The notes below the pieces were generated by a model, which was given only the letters and a program-made list of their open reading frames with translations, was not told the DNA's origin and did no database searches. Of a stretch of 64,000 nt of DNA, positions 10,659 to 20,658 are shown piece by piece. The stretch comes from a virus. The position numbers and the translations under genes are program-made. Every line of letters starts with the position of its first letter. The stretch's first letter is position 1. The stretch spans positions 4,409 to 68,408 of the IMG/VR virus record IMGVR_UViG_3300021467_000093; one strand, 5' to 3'.

Positions 10659-11021
10659 ATGAAATGTCCTAATTGCGGTAGTATAGATTTGTTGGATGTC
10701 GGTGATGATGTTTTTAAATGCGATGATTGTGGTTCTGAAGTAAAAATAAGATATTTAGTCTGTAAAAAATGTTTTTGTTCAATACGTTTAAAAAACGATA
10801 AGTTTTTTGACATTATAGAATTGGCGCCGGATGCTATCGATTTGTTAAATAATGATTTATCTGAATTAGATGATTATGTAGAGATAGAGGATAATGGAAA
10901 TAATGAGCATGCATCAATGTCAGATTTAATTGATAATTGTTTGAGGTGCGGTAATCCAGTAATTAGAGAAGGTAATGTTTATATTTGCCCAAACTGCAAT
11001 TTTAGTTGGGAGACTATATAA
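10659..11021 (+). CDS. Zinc-ribbon protein
   Basis: Multiple CxxC pairs (CPNC, CDDC, CKKC, CLRC, CPNC). Confidence 0.7.
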   Translation: MKCPNCGSIDLLDVGDDVFKCDDCGSEVKIRYLVCKKCFCSIRLKNDKFFDIIELAPDAIDLLNNDLSELDDYVEIEDNGNNEHASMSDLIDNCLRCGNPVIREGNVYICPNCNFSWETI

Positions 11022-11476
11022 TGAAAGTTCTTTCTTTAGATGTGTCTTCTGTATCTACTGGCTGGGCTTTGATAAATGAAGATGCTAAATTATTACATTT
11101 TGGTACTATATCTATACCGAATTTAGATGTTATGGCAAAATTGTATTGGTTTCATAATTATTTAGAATCTTTGATATTTACTTTAGAGCCAGATATAATA
11201 TTAGTAGAAGAGACATATTTAAAGAACGTTAAAACATTAAAAACCCTATCACAATTTATAGGGATGGTAAATTTTTTAGTGTTTAAGCACCATAAACCCG
11301 CTGTCTATTTGAATCCTAATGCTGTTAGAGCATTTTTTAAATTACGAACTAAAGCAGATGTTTTTGATTTTGTGAAGAATAAGTATAAGAGTAAGTTGAA
11401 AGAATTAACATTTAATAATGGCAATGATATAACAGACGCTATACTACAAGCGTTATACTATATTGAAAATAATTGA
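11021..11476 (+). CDS. ruvC: RuvC-like Holliday junction resolvase
   Basis: VLSLDVSSVSTGWA, LVEE, DITDAI catalytic pattern. Confidence 0.8.
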   Translation: MKVLSLDVSSVSTGWALINEDAKLLHFGTISIPNLDVMAKLYWFHNYLESLIFTLEPDIILVEETYLKNVKTLKTLSQFIGMVNFLVFKHHKPAVYLNPNAVRAFFKLRTKADVFDFVKNKYKSKLKELTFNNGNDITDAILQALYYIENN

Positions 11477-11485
11477 GGTGATAAG

Positions 11486-12622
11486 ATGAATGATATAATA
11501 ATGGTTTCTGCCACTAGGCTGTCAATGTTTTTGCAATGCAAATGGAAATATTGGTGTAATTATGTTTTAAAACTGCCAAGAAAACCTAATTTGTCATTTA
11601 AATTAGGGTTAGCCGTGCATGGCGCATTATTTCTAGCTGGTCAAATATGGCAGAAGCAAGAAAAATTTACTGCTGAGGATATAAAAAGAATACGTGAAGA
11701 ATACAGCAGTATAGCTGCTAAAGAAGGTATTGAAGATCCTGTCATTTACAAAGATGGTATGGACATGGTAATGGAGAGATTGAAAAACTTTGTAAATGGT
11801 AAAATAATAGCAGTTGAAGAAAGATTTAGAGTGACGACAGATACTGGTGTTATATTAATAGGAGCAATGGATAAAATTGAGGAAATTAATAATGACACAC
11901 TTTTAGTGACTGATTATAAGACATCTAAGTATTTTGAAACTCAGGATGAATTAAAATCTGATATACAGTTATCAATTTATGATTTAGTGGCTTCTATTAA
12001 GTACCCAAAATATAAACGTATTGTTTTATCATTGGATTATTTACGTGGAGATCCTGTTTATACATACAGAACTGTTGAGGAAAGGCAAAGTTTTTTAGAG
12101 TATGTTACTGTGATTTATAATGAAATGTTGAAGTTGGAGAAAGAAGACGCTAAACCTACATTAAATGATATGTGTAATTGGTGTGATTTTACAGAAAATT
12201 GCACGGCTTATCAAGAAGCTGTAGGCGGTAAGGTTTTTATTAAAAGAAAGCCAGAAGATTATAGTGATGAAGATTTAATTAAAGAATATCTTGATATACA
12301 AAGCAAAAAGCGAATTATAGATAAAAGAGAACGAGAGCTTAAGAACTATATTTTACGTAAGATAGAGTCTACACAGAAAAATTTAATAGCTAATGGAAAA
12401 GAGCTTTATCCAAGACAGCGTTTATCTACGGTGTATGATCCTAAATTGGTTTATGAGAATGTACCTCTTCAGGATTTTTTAAGAATGATATCTATCTCTA
12501 AAAAAGAAGCTGATAAATATTTTGAGAAAAATCCAGCGGCAAAAGTTATTGTACAAGAGAATGCTAGAAAATCTTATACTTCACCGTTTATAGGAGTTAA
12601 AAATTTAAAAAAATCAAAATAA
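11486..12622 (+). CDS. RecB/AddB/Cas4-like PD-(D/E)XK exonuclease
   Basis: SATRL...QCKWKY, GAMDKIE, VTDYKTS, QLSIY, CNWCDFTENC Fe-S cysteines. Confidence 0.85.
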   Translation: MNDIIMVSATRLSMFLQCKWKYWCNYVLKLPRKPNLSFKLGLAVHGALFLAGQIWQKQEKFTAEDIKRIREEYSSIAAKEGIEDPVIYKDGMDMVMERLKNFVNGKIIAVEERFRVTTDTGVILIGAMDKIEEINNDTLLVTDYKTSKYFETQDELKSDIQLSIYDLVASIKYPKYKRIVLSLDYLRGDPVYTYRTVEERQSFLEYVTVIYNEMLKLEKEDAKPTLNDMCNWCDFTENCTAYQEAVGGKVFIKRKPEDYSDEDLIKEYLDIQSKKRIIDKRERELKNYILRKIESTQKNLIANGKELYPRQRLSTVYDPKLVYENVPLQDFLRMISISKKEADKYFEKNPAAKVIVQENARKSYTSPFIGVKNLKKSK

Positions 12623-12640
12623 TATTAAGGTGGATTTATT

Positions 12641-13576
12641 ATGAGTTATCAAAAAATGGTTATGAGAGATATATTTATTAATAATAGCAAAAATTTATTT
12701 GATAATAATGTTAAGGTTTTGTTAAATGAGTTAAAATCTTATACTGATTTAGAAATTACGTCTGGTCCTATAGGAGAATTAGATATAGTTTGTTTGATAA
12801 ATGATGTATTATATGTCTTTAGTCTGTATAAATTTAATTTAATTTATGAAGATGAATTGCGTAAAAGGGTGATTAGACCTAGATTATATATGCGTGATAA
12901 ACTATTAGCGTTGCAGTCAGAAGGCATCTCACTGGTCCAGTTTTTTGAAGACGAGATTATGTATAAATTACCAATTGTTTTATCCGTAATAAAAAATAAG
13001 CTTAACTTATCTAAACGGTTATGTGGCGCAAGAGAATGTACAATCTCTCCAATTGGCACACAACTTGCTAATAGATTTTTAGATGATAATCATATACATG
13101 GTAGGAATTATGGAAAAAAGTTTGATTTAGGGGCTTTTTATAATGGTCGTTTGGTTGGTGTAATGTCATTTCGTCAAGGAAATTTATCTAGAAACAGTCA
13201 CGCCCTTGAAATGGACAGGTTTTGTTCGTTACTGAATAATAACATACCTGGATTGGCTAGTAAGATGTTCTTAAATTTTGTTAGATATTATGCTGATAGA
13301 GATATTACTACTTATGCTGATTTAAGATTTACTACGGGAAATGTGTATAGTAAATTGGGATTTGAATTTGTTAAAATGACACAAACTAATTATTTTTATG
13401 TTATTAATGATAAACGAACTCATAGGTTTTCATTTCGTAAATCTGTATTATCTAAGAAATTAGATAAATTTGATCCAAATAAAACTGAATATGAAAACAT
13501 GTTAGAAAATGGTATAGATAGAGTTTGGGATTGTGGGCATAAAAAATTCATATGGAAACATGGGCCGCAAATATAG
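12641..13576 (+). CDS. Protein with the GNAT-like domain usually fused to phage Vsr/Hef-like homing endonucleases
   Basis: FLDDNHIHG, RFCS...GLASKM, TYADLRF, RVWDCG; N-terminal nuclease motifs look eroded. Confidence 0.6.
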   Translation: MSYQKMVMRDIFINNSKNLFDNNVKVLLNELKSYTDLEITSGPIGELDIVCLINDVLYVFSLYKFNLIYEDELRKRVIRPRLYMRDKLLALQSEGISLVQFFEDEIMYKLPIVLSVIKNKLNLSKRLCGARECTISPIGTQLANRFLDDNHIHGRNYGKKFDLGAFYNGRLVGVMSFRQGNLSRNSHALEMDRFCSLLNNNIPGLASKMFLNFVRYYADRDITTYADLRFTTGNVYSKLGFEFVKMTQTNYFYVINDKRTHRFSFRKSVLSKKLDKFDPNKTEYENMLENGIDRVWDCGHKKFIWKHGPQI

Positions 13577-15962
13577 TTTTGAGTATGTGAAAAATATAAT
13601 AGAATTGGAAGGTTATAGGTTAATATCAAAAAATTATGTTGGCGCTTATGGAAAATTAAAAATTGAATGTGCTAATAAACATGTTTTTGAATTAACTTTT
13701 AATAGCTGGAAGAAGGGGCGTAGATGCCCATTTTGTTCATATAAAGTACATTATGATGATGTTAAACGCCTGTTTGAAAAAGAAGGTTATGTATTGTTAA
13801 TTGATGCAAAACAATATAAAAATACTAAACAAAAATTAAAATGTGAATGTCCAAGTGGACATATATTAGAAATTTCTTATCAATCTTTTAAGCGCGGTAC
13901 TAGATGTAGGAAATGTTATTTTAACAAAAAACGTATATCTAAAGAAATATTATTAGAGCTTTTACATTCTATGAATCTTGTGTTATTATATTATAAAGGA
14001 CCATTTAAAGGCGCAGATTCTAAAATTGTTGTAAAATGTAAGAACGGCCATATTTTTACCACATATTATTCTAAATTGAAAGCTGGCCATGGTTGCAAAC
14101 AGTGTCATTATATTAAATTATCGAATAAATATAAATTAAATTACGCTTATATAAGACAACATATAGAAAAAGAAAATTATAAGTTGATAAGCTCTGAATA
14201 TAATAACGCATTTACTAAATTAAAGTTAGAGTGCCCAAATGGACATACATATTTTGTGAGATGGAATGATTGGCAGCAAGGTTGTAGATGCCCAAGATGC
14301 GGCGTAAATATTTCATCAGGCGAACAAGAAATTATAGACTTGTTAAACGAATATAATATAAAATATAAATTACACGACAGGGAATTGATATACCCCTTAG
14401 AATTAGATGTTGTTATTCCTGATTGTGAATTAGCGATTGAATATTGTGGTTTATATTGGCATTCTGATAAATTTGTAGATTATGACTATCACAAAATTAA
14501 GTTGGATAGATGTAATGAAGTTGGATATAGACTATTAACTATTTTTTCTGATGACCTTGAATTATATAAAAATGACGTCAAAAGATTTATTTTAGATAGT
14601 TGTGGTATTAAGGTAGATAATCTACGTGATATAGAAACGCACGAGATAGACTATATGGAATATCTGATTGATTTATATGATCGATATATTGATTATAGTT
14701 CTATTAAGCATTTTATTAATAGGTTTAAAAATTATTATAAGTTAATACTTTGCATGGACAATAGAATATATGACGTTAATTTTTTTAAGGGTTTAGGATT
14801 TAAAGTAAAATACACATTAGAACCTCAGAGATGGCATGTTACGGATAAAAATGTAAGGACTAAAATTAACGGTAGGTACGGAATTTATGATTGCGGTATA
14901 ACTATAGTTGAGAAGGTCAACAGAGTGTCATTAGACTATGTTAAACATTCTTTTGAGTTAGAAGGGTATGAATTAATAGGCAGCGAAAAAGTTAATGGAC
15001 GTACCAAGTATAAATATAGATGTCCTAATGGCCATGAGCATAGTATTTCATGGACTAATTGGAAAAAAGGTGCTAGGTGTTATTATTGTTCAAGAAATGT
15101 TCCAGTGTCAATTGAGTTTATACGAAATGAAATGGCTAAAGAGGGATATATATTATTATCTGATAAGTACATAAACCGTAAATTTAAATTAGATGTGTTA
15201 TGTCCTAACGGACATTTCTTTAGAATAGGGTGGAATGCTTGGTCGGCTGGTAAACATAGATGTAAATATTGTAATGGCGGAGCCAGATATTCATATGACT
15301 ATATTAAAAACGCATTTGAGAAAGAAGGTTATAAGCTATTAACTAAAAAGTATATTAATAACAAACAAAAACTAGTATTTATTTGTCCTAATGGGCATAA
15401 ATATTATATAACTTGGTCGAATTGGAAATTAGGGTATAGATGTGCTAAATGTGCCAATAATATTAAAAAGACTATATATGAAGTTAAGCAAAGTTTTGAA
15501 AACGAAGGTTATTATTTATTGACTACTGAATATAAAAATAATAAACAAAAATTAAAATGTATTTGTCCAAATGATCATATTTGGGAAGTTAGTTGGTCTG
15601 ACTGGGTACAAGGTTATCGATGTAGATACTGTTATTATGATAATATTACTGGTGAAGGAAATGTTAATTGGGAAGGGGGCGTGTCTAGAGATGAATATTG
15701 TAAAGAATGGTATATAAAAGGGTTTAAAGAAGCAATTAAAAAGAGGGATGGTTATAGGTGTTTAAATCCATTATGTGATCGAATTGATCAAGATGATTTA
15801 ACTGTACATCATATCGATTATGATAAAAAGAATTGTGAACCAACTAATTTAATAACGCTATGTAGACGTTGTAATATTAAAGCTAATTCAGATAGGAAAT
15901 GGTTTAAGGATTATTATGATACATTATTAAAAATAAGATTACGGAGGTTTGATAATGGCTAA
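13560..15962 (+). CDS. Composite homing endonuclease: 4 zinc-ribbon repeats, Vsr-like nuclease, eroded GNAT-like region, 4 more repeats, HNH
   Basis: ELDVVIPDCELAIEYCGLYWHS internally; VHHIDYDKKNC...NLITLCRRCN at the C-terminus; 8 Cxx[GKD]H...CxxC repeats. Confidence 0.8.
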   Translation: MGRKYSFEYVKNIIELEGYRLISKNYVGAYGKLKIECANKHVFELTFNSWKKGRRCPFCSYKVHYDDVKRLFEKEGYVLLIDAKQYKNTKQKLKCECPSGHILEISYQSFKRGTRCRKCYFNKKRISKEILLELLHSMNLVLLYYKGPFKGADSKIVVKCKNGHIFTTYYSKLKAGHGCKQCHYIKLSNKYKLNYAYIRQHIEKENYKLISSEYNNAFTKLKLECPNGHTYFVRWNDWQQGCRCPRCGVNISSGEQEIIDLLNEYNIKYKLHDRELIYPLELDVVIPDCELAIEYCGLYWHSDKFVDYDYHKIKLDRCNEVGYRLLTIFSDDLELYKNDVKRFILDSCGIKVDNLRDIETHEIDYMEYLIDLYDRYIDYSSIKHFINRFKNYYKLILCMDNRIYDVNFFKGLGFKVKYTLEPQRWHVTDKNVRTKINGRYGIYDCGITIVEKVNRVSLDYVKHSFELEGYELIGSEKVNGRTKYKYRCPNGHEHSISWTNWKKGARCYYCSRNVPVSIEFIRNEMAKEGYILLSDKYINRKFKLDVLCPNGHFFRIGWNAWSAGKHRCKYCNGGARYSYDYIKNAFEKEGYKLLTKKYINNKQKLVFICPNGHKYYITWSNWKLGYRCAKCANNIKKTIYEVKQSFENEGYYLLTTEYKNNKQKLKCICPNDHIWEVSWSDWVQGYRCRYCYYDNITGEGNVNWEGGVSRDEYCKEWYIKGFKEAIKKRDGYRCLNPLCDRIDQDDLTVHHIDYDKKNCEPTNLITLCRRCNIKANSDRKWFKDYYDTLLKIRLRRFDNG

Positions 15963-17295
15963 AAGGAAAAGTAGAAAAGGAGTAGTTGTTAAGCAGGGAA
16001 AGCAGGCAAAGAAGAAAATTAAGGTTTTAGGATACTGCGATAGTCCTACGTGTGCGACTGGGTTTGCTACAGTGAGTCGTAATATTTTTGAAGGGTTGTA
16101 TAGGACTGGTAGATTTGATATTGAGATTCTGGGGATTAATTATTGGGGCGATCCGCATGATTTTCCTTATAGAATATGGCCTACTGGGACAAATAATCAA
16201 AAAGATCCGTATGGAAGGCAGAAAGTTTTAAATATGATCCCATTAATGGATTTCGATTTATTGTTCTTTTTACAAGATAGCTTTATTTTAAATTTTGTGC
16301 CCATGTTATTAGAATATTTAAAGAATAATAGAACTAAACCATTTAGATCTATTTGTTATTATCCAGTAGATTCTATTATTAAAGATGAATGGGCGGCTAA
16401 TATAAAGAATGTCGATTATTTAGTTGCATACTCTGAGTTTGGGAAACAAGAAACTCTAAAAAGAATTGACAGAGATATATTGGTTATACCACACGGTGTT
16501 AATACAAGAGAGTTTCATCCTTTGCCAAAAGAAGAGGTTATGAATTTTAGGAAACAATATTTTGGTCCATTAGCTGATAAATTTATTATTACGAATGTGA
16601 ATAGGAATCAACAACGTAAGGATATACCAAGAACAATTGCCGTTCTTGAAGAGTTTAGAAAATATGTGCCTGATTCACTGCTTTACTGTCATATGGCTAT
16701 TAAAGATCAAGGCTGGGACTTAGCTGAAGTATGTAAAACTTTTGGTTTTGATACGTCTAAAGACGTTATTTTCCCTAAAAATTTTGGTCCTAATCAAGGC
16801 TATCCACGAGAAGTTTTGAATTTAATTTATAATGCTAGCGATGTTGTTATAAGCACTACCCATGGCGAGGGCATGGGCTTAGCGTGGCTCGAATCCTTAG
16901 CAACTAAAACACCTATATTAATGCCTAATAATACAGTTATGCCAGAATTTATAACAGAAGATATAGGGTGGCTAGCTAAAAGTGGTTCTAATCCATCACT
17001 ATGGACTACTATTCAGTTTGATAATGAAGTAAGGCGTCCCATGGTAGATGTTGAAGATATGGTAGAAAAATTATTGGAAATTTATAATAATCCTGAAGAA
17101 GCTAAACGTAGAGCTGAAAATGGTTATAAATGGGTAACTACAAAAATGGATTGGCAAAAACATATAGTACCACAATGGGTAAAATTATTTGATAAAGCAT
17201 ATACTGATATGTTATTAGATGTAAATAGGCAAGAGAGGGGTATGTCAGATACTATAGATAGTTCGGCTAAGGTAATCGATACGGAGGAATTTTGA
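15955..17295 (+). CDS. Glycosyltransferase, GT-B (GT4-like)
   Basis: TGFATV, IPHGV, NRNQQRKD, GEGMGLAWLE. Confidence 0.88.
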   Translation: MAKRKSRKGVVVKQGKQAKKKIKVLGYCDSPTCATGFATVSRNIFEGLYRTGRFDIEILGINYWGDPHDFPYRIWPTGTNNQKDPYGRQKVLNMIPLMDFDLLFFLQDSFILNFVPMLLEYLKNNRTKPFRSICYYPVDSIIKDEWAANIKNVDYLVAYSEFGKQETLKRIDRDILVIPHGVNTREFHPLPKEEVMNFRKQYFGPLADKFIITNVNRNQQRKDIPRTIAVLEEFRKYVPDSLLYCHMAIKDQGWDLAEVCKTFGFDTSKDVIFPKNFGPNQGYPREVLNLIYNASDVVISTTHGEGMGLAWLESLATKTPILMPNNTVMPEFITEDIGWLAKSGSNPSLWTTIQFDNEVRRPMVDVEDMVEKLLEIYNNPEEAKRRAENGYKWVTTKMDWQKHIVPQWVKLFDKAYTDMLLDVNRQERGMSDTIDSSAKVIDTEEF

Positions 17296-18425
17296 TGAAA
17301 CTTAAAGGTATAAAATATATAGGGCCAGTTTTTGATATATCTGGCTACGCACAAGCTGCAAGGGATTATATTATAGCATTACATAGAAAAGGCATACCAA
17401 TTACTGTTACACCTGTAACTTTTGAAGGAAATAAAGCTGATTGTGGGGAAAAAGGTAGAATAATAGAGTCTCTTGTTAATAAATCTATAGATTATAATGT
17501 AGTAATTACGCATTTGACTGTTGAACATTATGAGAAACATTATGAACCGGGGAAGGTGAATATAGGCTATTCGATTTGGGAAGCTAATAAAATTCATGAT
17601 GATTGGGTTAGATGGATTAATAAATATACCGATGGAGTGATTACTGCTACTCAATGGGGAGTAGACGTTTATAAAAATTCTGGAGTAAAGGTGCCTATAT
17701 TCGCTGTTTCTCATATAATTGATGTTGATGACTATGCTAATATAAAACCATATGGAATAGGTAGGGTAAAGCCAGATGCGTATAAATTTTATGCTATTTT
17801 TCAGTTTTTTGAAAGAAAACATCCAACCGCGTTATTAAAGGCTTATTGGTATGCCTTTCAAAATAATGAAAATGTTGCATTAATTTTGAAAACATATAGA
17901 GCAGGGTTTAATGATCAAGAAAAAGATGTTGTTAGAAATACGATAAAAAGACTAAAGCAAGTTATGCCTATGGATAATTACCCACCAACTTATTTGATTT
18001 TGGATAGGTTAAGTAATGCAGAAATATTAGGAATCCATAAAGCATGCGATTGTTTAGTTCATGTTGATAGAGGTGAGGGATGGGGTTTAGTGCCAGCTGC
18101 TGCTGGCGCTGTAGGAAACCCAGTAATTGTAACTGGATGGGGAGGAGTTTTGGATTATGTCAATAATGAGACAGGCTATTTGATAAATCATACCTTGACA
18201 CCCGTGTTTGGTATGCCGTGGTCTCCGTATTATAAAGGCGATCAATTGTGGGCTGAGCCTGATATTTATCATGCTGCGCAATTAATGCGTCATGTTTACA
18301 ATAATAGGGAAGAAGCTAAACAGAAAGGGTTAGCGTTGCAGAAACATTTGAGAGAAAATTTCAATTACTATGTAATAGGCAATAGATTTTTGAATGCAGT
18401 AAATAACATTTTAAAATCTAAGTAG
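17295..18425 (+). CDS. Glycosyltransferase, GT-B (GT4-like)
   Basis: SGYAQAAR, ERKH, RGEGWGL, WAEPD. Confidence 0.88.
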   Translation: MKLKGIKYIGPVFDISGYAQAARDYIIALHRKGIPITVTPVTFEGNKADCGEKGRIIESLVNKSIDYNVVITHLTVEHYEKHYEPGKVNIGYSIWEANKIHDDWVRWINKYTDGVITATQWGVDVYKNSGVKVPIFAVSHIIDVDDYANIKPYGIGRVKPDAYKFYAIFQFFERKHPTALLKAYWYAFQNNENVALILKTYRAGFNDQEKDVVRNTIKRLKQVMPMDNYPPTYLILDRLSNAEILGIHKACDCLVHVDRGEGWGLVPAAAGAVGNPVIVTGWGGVLDYVNNETGYLINHTLTPVFGMPWSPYYKGDQLWAEPDIYHAAQLMRHVYNNREEAKQKGLALQKHLRENFNYYVIGNRFLNAVNNILKSK

Positions 18426-18443
18426 CGTTTAAAAATTATTAAG

Positions 18444-18472
18444 TTTACAATTATAGATTTTTATGTTATAAT
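18444..18472 (+). promoter_or_regulatory. sigma70-type promoter
   Basis: TTTACA-N17-TATAAT, extended TG. Confidence 0.8.
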
Positions 18473-18481
18473 TAGGATGAA

Positions 18482-18979
18482 ATGGAGAACAATATGTCGA
18501 GATTTTCTTTAAATATAGGCTGCGGTGATAAGATTCTAAAAAGTATAAGTGGGTATAAATGTATTAATGTTGATATACGTCCATTAAAAGATGTGGATGT
18601 AGTATGTGATGTACGATATTTACCATTCAAAGATGAATTTTTTGAACGTATTTTAGCATCTGATGTAATTGAGCATTTTCCAATTAGTGAGACAGACGAA
18701 TTATTAAAGGAGTGGTCGCGCGTTTTAAAGATTGGCGGCCACATAAAGTTTAGAACCCCAAGTTTAAAGTGGGTAGCTAACACTTATTTACAAACTAGGG
18801 ATGCTAAATTTATTTCATGGCATATTTTTGGTGGGCAGGATTATGATACTAATTTTCACTATGTAATTTTTGATGATAAATGGTTATCAAGTTTATGCGC
18901 AAAACACAACCTTTATACAATTGATTATAAAGAAGTACATTCAAATTTTGAACTGGTATGCGAAAAGAGAGAAGCATGA
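18482..18979 (+). CDS. Class I SAM-dependent methyltransferase
   Basis: LNIGCG, ASDVIEH, RVLKIGG. Confidence 0.85.
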   Translation: MENNMSRFSLNIGCGDKILKSISGYKCINVDIRPLKDVDVVCDVRYLPFKDEFFERILASDVIEHFPISETDELLKEWSRVLKIGGHIKFRTPSLKWVANTYLQTRDAKFISWHIFGGQDYDTNFHYVIFDDKWLSSLCAKHNLYTIDYKEVHSNFELVCEKREA

Positions 18980-19638
18980 AATTAATACACTCTGGATTTG
19001 CACGAGATGAATCATATTGTATAGGATATATGCTTGAAAGTATATTGCCATATGTTGAAGAGAGTTATATAGTTTTTGATGATAGAGCTACTGAAGAAAC
19101 TATTAAAATAGCTGAATCGTTTGGGTGTCATATAAAACTAGCCAAGTTTGAAAATTTTGGCAAATTTAAAAATACACAGCTGGCATGGATAAATAATAAG
19201 GCAGATTGGGTATTTGGCTTAGCACCCGATGAAACTATTTCTAAGGAGTTAGGAACGCATTTAAATGAAATAGTAGAGAAAATTCATGAAACAGATATTG
19301 ATAGTGCATTTTTTTCTAGGCGTCATTGGGGCGATTTAGAGATGACCAAAGAAATTAGAGGGAATGAAGGGTTAAAAGGTGAGTCTGAATGGTATCCAGA
19401 TTGGCAACAGCGTTTACTACGCCTTGATTATCCTAGAATACATGCTATTAGATACGTACATGAAATTATTGTTGGTGTTAGAAGGGCTCTTAAAATACAA
19501 TTAGATATTAACCATTTTAACACATACTGGAAACCCAAACTTGGTATTGATTGGGGTAAAATGTTAGAATTCTATGACTATTTGAAACAACTGCAAAGCA
19601 GAGAAGGGGGCTATAATATTTGGCCGGATAAGGAGTAG
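18976..19638 (+). CDS. Glycosyltransferase, GT-A (GT2-like)
   Basis: ARDES, VFDD, DWVFGLAPDE, YPDWQQRL, VHE. Confidence 0.75.
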   Translation: MKLIHSGFARDESYCIGYMLESILPYVEESYIVFDDRATEETIKIAESFGCHIKLAKFENFGKFKNTQLAWINNKADWVFGLAPDETISKELGTHLNEIVEKIHETDIDSAFFSRRHWGDLEMTKEIRGNEGLKGESEWYPDWQQRLLRLDYPRIHAIRYVHEIIVGVRRALKIQLDINHFNTYWKPKLGIDWGKMLEFYDYLKQLQSREGGYNIWPDKE

Positions 19639-19641
19639 ATT

Positions 19642-20658
19642 ATGAAAATAGCTGTTATTGGAGCAGGTTATTGGGGACCAAACTTAATGCGTAATTTATT
19701 CGAACTGGGCGTGTTAACACATGTATGTGATAAGAGTAAAAAAGCGCTTGATAAAGCAAGCAAACTACCTCAATGTCATAGAGTTAATTTGGTTCAGGAT
19801 GCTGATGTTATAATGACTGATAAAACTATAGATGCGGTTGTTATTGCTACACAACCAAATGCACATTACCCGTTAGCTAAACAAGCACTATTAGCAAATA
19901 AGCATGTTTTTGTAGAAAAGCCATTAACATTAAATAGTGTAGAAGCAGAGAAGCTAGTTGAGTTGGCCGATAAAAAGGGGCTAGTACTGATGGTGGGCCA
20001 TACGTTTTTGTACAGTCCTGATATTTTATTTCTTAAAAAAATGGTTACAAATGGCGAATTTGGAGACGTCTATTATATGTATAGTAGACGTTTAAATTTA
20101 GGTAAAATTCAGAGTGCCGCAAATGTTGTTCAAGACTTGGCTCCGCATGACATCTCTATTTTTCAATATTTATTAAATAAAAGGTGTTTAGGCGTACAGG
20201 CTTATGGTGGAAGTTATATTTTAGAAAATATAGAAGAAGTAGCATTTATTAATTTTATGTATGAGAACGAGATTATTGTAAATTTACATTTAAGTTGGAT
20301 TGATCCTTTAAAAATTAGGGAATTAATAGTTGTTGGTTCTAAACAAATGATAAAATGTGATTCATTAAATAAAAAAATTCATTTATATAATAAAGGTGTA
20401 GATATTGATAGACGAAGTTTTAAAAGTAAAGGAAGCTATGCTGAGCATTTGTTAAATTATAGGTATGGAGACGAAGTTATACCATATATAGAATCATATG
20501 AACCATTGAAAGCGGAGATGGAGGATTTTATTGCGTGCATTAAAAATCCTGAAAACTCAAAGCCCAGATCTAATGGTGTTTTAGGTTTAGAGGTAGTTAG
20601 AATTTTAGAAGCTATACAGAATTCATTGAGGAGGAAGGGCGAATGGATATTATTTTAG
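19642..20658 (+). CDS. Gfo/Idh/MocA oxidoreductase (WbpB/WlbA-like NDP-sugar dehydrogenase)
   Basis: IGAGYWG, HVFVEKP, MVGH, DLAPHD. Confidence 0.88.
   Translation: MKIAVIGAGYWGPNLMRNLFELGVLTHVCDKSKKALDKASKLPQCHRVNLVQDADVIMTDKTIDAVVIATQPNAHYPLAKQALLANKHVFVEKPLTLNSVEAEKLVELADKKGLVLMVGHTFLYSPDILFLKKMVTNGEFGDVYYMYSRRLNLGKIQSAANVVQDLAPHDISIFQYLLNKRCLGVQAYGGSYILENIEEVAFINFMYENEIIVNLHLSWIDPLKIRELIVVGSKQMIKCDSLNKKIHLYNKGVDIDRRSFKSKGSYAEHLLNYRYGDEVIPYIESYEPLKAEMEDFIACIKNPENSKPRSNGVLGLEVVRILEAIQNSLRRKGEWILF

Noticed and set aside
11486-12622. Cas4-like nuclease as part of the CRISPR system
   Set aside because: It lies in the replication/recombination operon about 50 kb from the array; such nucleases are common stand-alone phage exonucleases.
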